A DNA stretch of 32,000 nucleotides from Horticoccus luteus (GTDB lineage Bacteria > Verrucomicrobiota > Verrucomicrobiia > Opitutales > Opitutaceae): assembly GCF_019464535.1 (NCBI RefSeq), contig NZ_CP080507.1, positions 4,288,199 through 4,320,198 of the forward strand, written 5' to 3'. The notes beneath the pieces were generated by a model. The model was not told where the DNA came from, made no database searches, and saw only the letters and a list, made by a program, of their open reading frames with translations. Shown in pieces: positions 31,301-32,000 of the stretch (the stretch's first letter is position 1; every line of letters starts with the position of its first letter). Both the position numbers and the translations under genes were made by a program.

Positions 31301-32000
31301 CGCCGCCGACGTGGTCGCGCAAAACCTCCTCCTGACCGCCCTGGGCGCCATCAGCCTTACCTCCGCCGGCAACGTGACCCTGCAAAGCACGATCCTGCAA
31401 ACGCCCGCCGGCGCGCTCACCCTGAGCGCGGACTCCGACCACAACGGCACGGGCGACCTCACCCTGGGGGCCGCCGCGCCGGTGCTCGTCACCGCGCAAC
31501 TCGACCTCGTCCTCGGCGGCGAAAACGTCACCATCGGCGGCCTGGGCGCCAACTTCGGCCGCGTGAACTCCCTCGCCGGCGCCGTGAGCATCTTCGCCAA
31601 CTACAACCGCGACACCACGGGCCGCTTCATGCTGATCCAGGCCCTCTCCGAAGTGAACGCCGCCACCACCCTGCAGGTCGGCGACCTGCTCTTCGGCGCC
31701 GGCACGCCCGTGGAAATCATCCTCAATGAAGGCGCCCTGCGCTCCAAAGGCACGCTCTTGGTGCAGACGACCGGCAACCTCGCGATCGGCATCGGCACCA
31801 TCGCCGGCCAGGCCAACGTCGAGTTCTCGGCCTACGGCGACATCACCGTCACCCAGGGCTCCCTCCTGTCCTCCGGCAACCGCCTGGCCCTCATGGCCGA
31901 CTTCGAACGCGACAACCACGGCACCCTCACCATCGCCGCCAACGTCTCCCTCTCCGTCCCCAACGGCAACCTCCTCCTCTTCGGCTACGACGTCCTCCTC
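13317..32000 (+). CDS. Second giant beta-strand-repeat protein, paralogue of gene 1; 3' end outside window (6228 codons visible); not listed in supplied ORF track
   Basis: I translated frame 3 (positions divisible by 3) by hand from 13290 through the unique region to about 20550 and met no stop. Beyond that the frame is the +18,866 image of gene 1's open frame, and the last codon 31998-32000 (ctc) is complete. The last in-frame upstream stop is TAG 13287-13289. The first plausible start is TTG 13317, giving M-NQRKPHRAARTPAFLIEPLEERVLLSATPVAG...; CTG 13299 is a weaker alternative. Later starts such as GTG 13386 would cut the conserved-looking LExRxLLSA motif. If the identity with gene 1 continues, the stop would lie about 57 nt past the window (inference). 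The coding call is strong; the exact start is uncertain. Confidence 0.85.
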   Translation, partial: MNQRKPHRAARTPAFLIEPLEERVLLSATPVAGLPLGHAHLHPVVVETAPAALPALANAAAHATATGGLFDQVELSAIPAAAVQTPAVQIEQGATAEFGQPGTDGRGNASSEVNLSQADLDAAGAAGPLVLGGETLQDLLIIGQNGQQAVHLPVTTLRGTQIVFQSPTFAQSLTIIGDGSTVDLTTNLTSATDVVINDSVKVTGDRSITAQAGQVRIAAPGTIYGDGDLAPDSLTLSATTDVLIDGAIGAAAGLQNLTINSGGNVTLNGAVTLGGNLTVNTGQAVVFNGALTITGDLTLDNVQSVTFNGPVTVTGKVVINKATSVNFNGNVAVGGNVTVGSSSAYANIGAVVFTTSARLDFGGAASFYSSGAITFGNAIGRSLTLTPQSLTLGSNDAITFASAAEVKLGTAPLSIVAGTTVSFGNNVVAGALSVSPVSGNIDFQGTTQVNSLTLVTTGASALARLNFLEVGSGDAVITANQIDFIGTVTDTGAASNLTLKPYTTGRAIAIGSSILSTPGYTIPLFSNRLDLSGNDMLAIQAGFASVNIGDAAAGTGIVYLGFMGTQLSGVSAEYLNRTQIYGGTIVVTQPMDIGATVDYFRLVARTGDVVINALVGYAQNGSLSERSPWLRFEAAANVVINQPIYATDRISLSAGMNSAGFVGSGSGSVTVAATGSVMTSNAAGPNKRIELSAGPLGGDILLFGASAEATILSTAGSSSEIALYAKAGAVTQSSGRIVGDRLAMQSANNITVRTNVGSLTAMTINGAVLPAGADQAINGVLITGAGTFTQTEVNNLAVDQVTTNGGAVAITTESGGAGNIVVNNINTVSGAITLTADGAITDSTPASDASVNLQTTGLLTATAKNGIGAAGLADLDVTIGSLQATNSVSGGIYLANQGNAGTTITGTGVRTTGGNGPISVTVTTGNLTISAPVAADGSGSVQLITAGASGSITSSAATSSATGPILLQSVNNITLNSGGTVATGGAGTIDLEAQNGSIALSAAATASGSGNIRFNAVNAGNTANIILSAAVATSTGSITILATNSVTQNSGANLTSIGSGSTGTIDVEATTGSITMAANALTATTGGNIRYKANVDATLGVLDARTNADRAGSTLIDQAAIWGSVSVLAVTGQIVDAKTAVATEPNIYARGIRLNANTRIGIDGASANPLEIEGAVLSAYAAGTSTSGINLLESTDITVDTVAVSVNRVAADLSASVAPATTDAAQSDLITAANNGHILLLTLDGSITVNAGTAPAGGIGVSANGAGNVLLAAGQTGATARDVSLNAAVQSATGNLSVIAAGSVNQNLVSATVKGDLVTAGTGTIDVQATTGSIVMAVNGADTTLAQTVGQNIRYSAGDSVMLARLDARDATNRADALLTNQAAGWGDISVTAGTVVSTGGITDAKVAGDAAVNLYANNLRLTAAANVGTLGAGTSNALETEVANLAARGAAGGINLLDNSDVTVGTIGQVPAARVAATGITSTQQDAAGLSDLATTGGDGSIVLRTVDGSITLTDGIAPADVTAVSAAGTGNILIEAQGAGRDVIANAAVKSVAGNITLKARHTVALNANGHLETGSAAGIAGTINVESVDLDIDMAAGVHAQTDGGNVRLHAGRHVVLGVVDARIASDRTGATLTLQNDATTPWGDVSVTAGATDAAGYITDADALNDTAVNVFARGLRLMAATRIGESTGVGAGYNPVETEVAVLSALAANGNIMLIESTDVTIGAVAVSVNAVAVDGVAATLADASQADLTTTGGNGSIILLTNNGNLTLTDGDANNVAISANGSGNIYLDAGVAGGASVGGISLLANAAVQTASGSILLISHVTDISFAAAANLIVSASPGGVAGSIVVAAQRSVLMDPAATFQTNAANIAVYSYTGDIVTGLVDARTNADRLGGTLSDQATWGQIVLDTTAIGATTGSIRDAKSDAASTTVNLYASAARLRAGNAIGALGVGTDNALETEVITLAAQTIGGGGGGINLRDLTSVTVGLVGDIGLTNIFFGNTTALYTDTTALSELTTAGNGSIVLRTVNGTITLTDADGDGMAVAADGSGNVRLEAGGASSDVVVNARVTSASGNLSLQAGHSVIQSNAGTGIADLVVATAPGSIDVEAVTGSITMDSDRQAVTAGGSIRYAAGTDVILGVLDARTVADRVGGTLADQTSATTPWGDVSVLAGTFGASPTGSILDAKAPASGTENVFARWLRLHAATRIGNLAVDGNLNALETEVAVVTAYAAAGGISLRDDTDVTVDTVTVTVSRVLADGSTTAQTDLQQADLVTAGADGSISLTASNGSITVNDGADAATGGLALVGISANGAGNIFLQASGAAHDITLGVGAAIQSGTGNITLIAARDITQQAGGNIVVIASTGTIDIGATAGSITMDPAASDQTDGANIRLDAGTSIIAGVIDARTNADRLGGTLTQQAAWGSLALSAGSGSITDAKARGEAGINLYGSSARLSAATDIGVLGAGVDNALDTELVTVAAETTTAGSINLADASDLTVDTVAIIYVNRVAADGTASVIGTTALSDLTTTGNGAIVVTAAGDLTLNDGFANNTAVSANGTGNVYVSAANVTANADILSGSGDITLLGTTNLTFNTTADVKTSGGDVNLVAAAGAILFADNAQVATSNGNVRLLAATDITLGGIQAGTGSVTLTAIAGSILDGGDTYQDISASAARLVAGTGIGTSTNPLEVGLDTLAASAGSAGISLVEDNALTVTNVSITVRSVATDASSAALAAETLSDLTTTANGSIALTIIAGDLTLNDGFANNTAVSANGSGNVYFSAANVTANADILSGSGDITLLGATNLAFNATADVKTTGGDVNLVAGVGAILFADNAQIATSGGNVRLLAATDITLGGLQAGTGSVTLTATAGSILDGGDTYQDISASAARLVAGTGIGTSTNPLEVSLDTLAASAGSAGISLLEDNALTITNVSVTVRAVAADFTSTALAAETLSDLTTTANGSIALTIIAGDLTLNDGFVNNTAVSANGTGNIYFSAANLTANADILSGSGDITLLGATNLTFTTTADVKTTGGDVNLVAAAGAIHFADNAQVATSNGNVRLLAATDITLGGIQAGTGSVTLTATAGSILDGGDTYQDISASAARLVAGTGIGTATNPLEVGLDTLAASAGSAGISLLEDNALTITNVSVTVRAVAADFTSTALTAETLSDLTTTANGSIALTIIAGDLTLNDGFVNNTAVSANGTGNVYFSAANLTANADILSGSGDITLLGATNLTFNTTADIKTTGGDVNLVATAGAIHFADNAQIATSGGNVRFLAATDITLGGIQAGTGSVTLTATAGSILDGGDTYQDISASAARLVAGTGIGTATNPLEVGLDTLAASAGSAGISLLEDNALTITNVSITVRAVAADFISTALTAETLSDLVTTANGSIALTIIAGDLTLNDGFANNTAVSANGSGNVYVSAANVTANADILSGSGDITLLGATNLTFNPTADVKTSGGDVNLVATAGAIHFADNAQIATSGGNVRLLAASDITLGGLQAGTGSVTLTAIAGSILDGGDTYQDISASAARLVAGTGIGTATNPLEVGLDTLAASAGSAGISLLEDNALTITNVSVTVRSVATDASSAALAAETLSDLTTTANGSIALTIIAGDLTLNDGFANNTAVSANGSGNVYFSAANVTANADILSGSGDITLLGATNLAFNATADVKTTGGDVNLVAGVGAILFADNAQIATSGGNVRLLAATDITLGGLQAGTGSVTLTATAGSILDGGDTYQDISASAARLVAGTGIGTATNPLEVGLDTLAASAGSAGISLLEDNALTITNVSVTVRAVAADFTSTALTAETLSDLVTTANGSIALTIIAGDLTLNDGFVNNTAVSANGTGNVYFSAANVTANADILSGSGDITLLGATNLTFTTTADVKTTGGDVNLVAAAGAIHFADNAQVATSNGNVRLLAATDITLGGLQAGTGSVTLTATAGSILDGGDTYQDISASAARLVAGTGIGTSTNPLEVGLDTLAASAGSAGISLLEDNALTITNVSVTVRAVAADFTSTALAAETLSDLTTTANGSIALTIIAGDLTLNDGFANNTAVSANGSGNVYFSAANVTANADILSGSGDITLLGATNLTFNATADIKTSGGDVNLVATAGAIHFADNAQIATSGGNVRLLAATDITLGGLQAGTGSVTLTATAGSILDGGDTYQDISASAARLVAGTGIGTATNPLEVGLDTLAASAGSAGISLLEDNALTIANVSVTVRAVAADFTSTALTAETLSDLTTTANGSIALTIIGGDLTLNDGFANNTAVSANGSGNVYFSAANLTANADILSGSGDITLLGATNLTFNATADVKTSGGDVNLVASAGAIHFADNAQVATSNGNVRLLAATDITLGGIQAGTGSVTLTATAGSILDGGDTYQDISASAARLVAGTGIGTSTNPLEVGLDTLAASAGSAGISLLEDNALKITNVSVTVRAVAADVTSTALAAETLSDLTTTANGSIALTIIAGDLTLNDGFVNNTAVSANGSGNVYFSAANVTANADILSGSGDITLLGATNLTFNATADIKTTGGDVNLVATAGAIHFADNAQIATSGGNVRLLAATDITLGGIQAGTGSVTLTATAGSILDGGDTYQDISASAARLVAGTGIGTSTNPLEVGLDTLAASAGSAGISLLEDNALTITNVSVTVRAVAADFTSAALAAETLSDLVTTANGSIALTIIAGDLTLNDGFVNNTAVSANGSGNVYFSAANLTANADILSGSGDITLLGATNLTFNATADVKTTGGDVNLVASAGAIHFADNAQVATSGGNVRLLAATDITLGGLQAGTGSVTLTATAGSILDGGDTYQDISASAARLVAGTGIGTSTNPLEVGLDTLAASAGSAGISLLEDNALTITNVSVTVRAVAADFTSAALTAETLSDLTTTANGSIALRTLNGTLTLNDGGNANHTAVSAAGTGRILLSAGGATSDLLLNADVISATGAITLLAGHDLTTAATVAVQTAGDLDLEATTGALTLAATSTLTTTAGSLRLLAGADVRLAQVRATTGRILIRSGASILDNTAGTAAANLTATAVRLEAGTGAGTAATPLTLATALLAGTAGSGGLNILNATALTIDTVTFALAKVNANFTTTTVTEPSLADLTTTANGAITLRTANGTLTLNDGADADGLALSAAGTGAITLLPGGAASNLQVNAGVRSGTGPILLDAPAAITLSSAATIATTGGTLTLHTATGAITMDSGSRLASAGGLLTVTAAQRLAVSIIDAGTGAMVLTTGADLTDNLATEAPNLLGAAATLRSVGSLGTAANNLNTTLGTLDAAISGPGTLVLADTGNLTVTATTTDGAITLTTAGTLTATALTAGGTADITLTAGADLLVGTVLAENDTITATAAGRLERASTGTQFTAALLTLQAGTGIGTLDPVVVAVPTLSATSTTGDIRLRNLLTTDVTVTHLATGTGAIAYSQAGGTLLVTDATTQDGDIALSLDQGNLHVVNVDAGGTGDISLTVIGTGKVKYDTAHAGGGDLNISTSGAVTLDEDLVTHGENLHFTGNVVLPRDTLITTFGGDVTFDQTIDGAYALTIDAGSGDVSFAQALGAQTPLTQLTITTTGALTFAATVTVQGDLVLGSGSLTLTGGPGSIHTLNHGQFIAAPATNVATIGLGNVPTPSAYAYLLSQTSLEALAPGFSQVVLGRADSSARIDLGTVTLVNPTLIRSPQATGTIVLLANQTLTVTGANPLTLQAGPGTGAFTQETGAKLLAGTGLVTITADLLNLQGAAGSITGTGRLILQPASLTQPITVGQAGGFDLLAPEIAVPAAFTEVQIGRTDGAHAIDVYQSTFGTAVLFSAPAAAGTLTVHGAVRTSGAQGNLTARTGGDLTIDANLTIGISGTLTLTADTDGDNHGAVRIAQNAVSVLQVAQGGIVLQGEAIQIGTATNRAELLALQGAITLTVDLNANGQGTLTLANDNTQLKAGTDLLITTGGTAPVTGTLTLRGQLQALGRITVRSAADVVAQNLLLTALGAISLTSAGNVTLQSTILQTPAGALTLSADSDHNGTGDLTLGAAAPVLVTAQLDLVLGGENVTIGGLGANFGRVNSLAGAVSIFANYNRDTTGRFMLIQALSEVNAATTLQVGDLLFGAGTPVEIILNEGALRSKGTLLVQTTGNLAIGIGTIAGQANVEFSAYGDITVTQGSLLSSGNRLALMADFERDNHGTLTIAANVSLSVPNGNLLLFGYDVLL
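13362..13400 (+). other. N-terminal 'LIEPLEERVLLSA' motif of gene 2 (LExRxLLSA-type motif)
   Basis: Codons ctc atc gag ccg ttg gag gaa cgc gtg ctt ctg tca gcc, preceded by a short basic stretch (NQRKPHRAARTP). From memory, and not checked by any search, LE-x-R-hydrophobic-hydrophobic-(S/D)-A motifs about 15-35 residues from the start are common in very large extracellular repeat proteins of high-GC Gram-negative lineages, notably planctomycetes and verrucomicrobia and some proteobacteria. Confidence 0.6.
16623..20552 (+). repeat. Five degenerate modules of about 257-266 aa (771-798 nt) in the unique head of gene 2, each marked by a (V/L)DAR(T)NADR...WG motif
   Basis: The in-frame 'DAR' codons start at 16623, 17415, 18186, 18984 and 19761; a sixth at 20553 lies inside the shared tract and equals 1687 in gene 1. 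Spacings are 792, 771, 798, 777 and 792 nt. Each module repeats this pattern: GN(I/V)R(Y/L).AG..V.LG.(L/V)DAR...DR.G.TL..Q...WG.(V/I)SV.AG...G.I.DAK....N(L/V)(Y/F)A..LRL.A...IG.....NALETEV..L.A....GI.L.....DVTV..V. Similarity is at protein level only; the nucleotide sequences are diverged. Confidence 0.8.
20529..32000 (+). repeat. Copy B of the 11,472-bp direct repeat (3' part of gene 2)
   Basis: Same evidence as copy A. The left boundary is sharp. A 21-nt identical island (1630-1650 = 20496-20516, accgacggcgccaacatccgc) is followed by 12 nt with 7 mismatches (ctgaccgctgcg vs ttggatgccgga), then uninterrupted identity. Upstream of the island the flanks are alignable only as diverged paralogues. 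Confidence 0.95.
20910..28071 (+). repeat. Same 648-bp tandem array inside gene 2 (image of 2044-9205 at +18,866)
   Basis: Unit starts at 21330, 21978, 22626, 23274, 23922, 24570, 25218, 25866, 26514, 27162 and 27810. The unit-specific variants occur in the same order as in gene 1, judged from identical antisense ORF translations. Confidence 0.95.

Noticed and set aside
1-32000. The 18,866-bp periodicity as a sign of a circular element or contig concatemer written out about 1.7 times.
   Set aside because: 1-1662 does not match 18867-20528; for example accggcctcgccaccttgaccgcc is not found at 18867. The periodicity therefore does not hold for the whole window. The two copies have different upstream contexts, as expected for tandem paralogues. 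A local assembly error is still possible and is flagged in the findings.

Overview
High-GC window filled almost entirely by two co-directional (+ strand) giant ORFs, separated by one 125-nt spacer (13192-13316, about 47% G+C by hand count). Both encode Ala/Thr/Gly/Asn/Leu-rich beta-strand-repeat proteins that look like parallel beta-helix or fibre-type surface/secreted proteins; I saw no cysteine in gene 1. Gene 1 is already open at nt 1, so its 5' end lies outside the window, and it stops at TAA 13189-13191. Gene 2 is missing from the supplied ORF track because it has no stop in the window. Reading frame 3 by hand, it is open from the TAG at 13287-13289 to nt 32000. Its best start is TTG 13317, which sits just upstream of an N-terminal 'LIEPLEERVLLSA' motif. 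Main observation: 1663-13134 (gene 1) and 20529-32000 (gene 2) form an 11,472-bp direct repeat at an offset of 18,866 bp. It appears base-perfect, has a sharp 5' boundary, and coincides with a switch in codon style. Each copy contains about 11 tandem units of 648 bp (216 aa) with a partial 4-unit higher-order structure, followed by a roughly 1,300-aa C-terminal region ending in about 155-aa repeats with Asp/Asn-rich loops. The unique head of gene 2 carries five degenerate modules of about 780 bp marked by 'DAR(T)NADR'. I found no RNA genes, CRISPR arrays, mobile-element genes or secretion/accessory genes. The many antisense and off-frame ORFs in the track are shadows of the two sense frames. 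All homology and family statements come from reading the sequence, not from searches.
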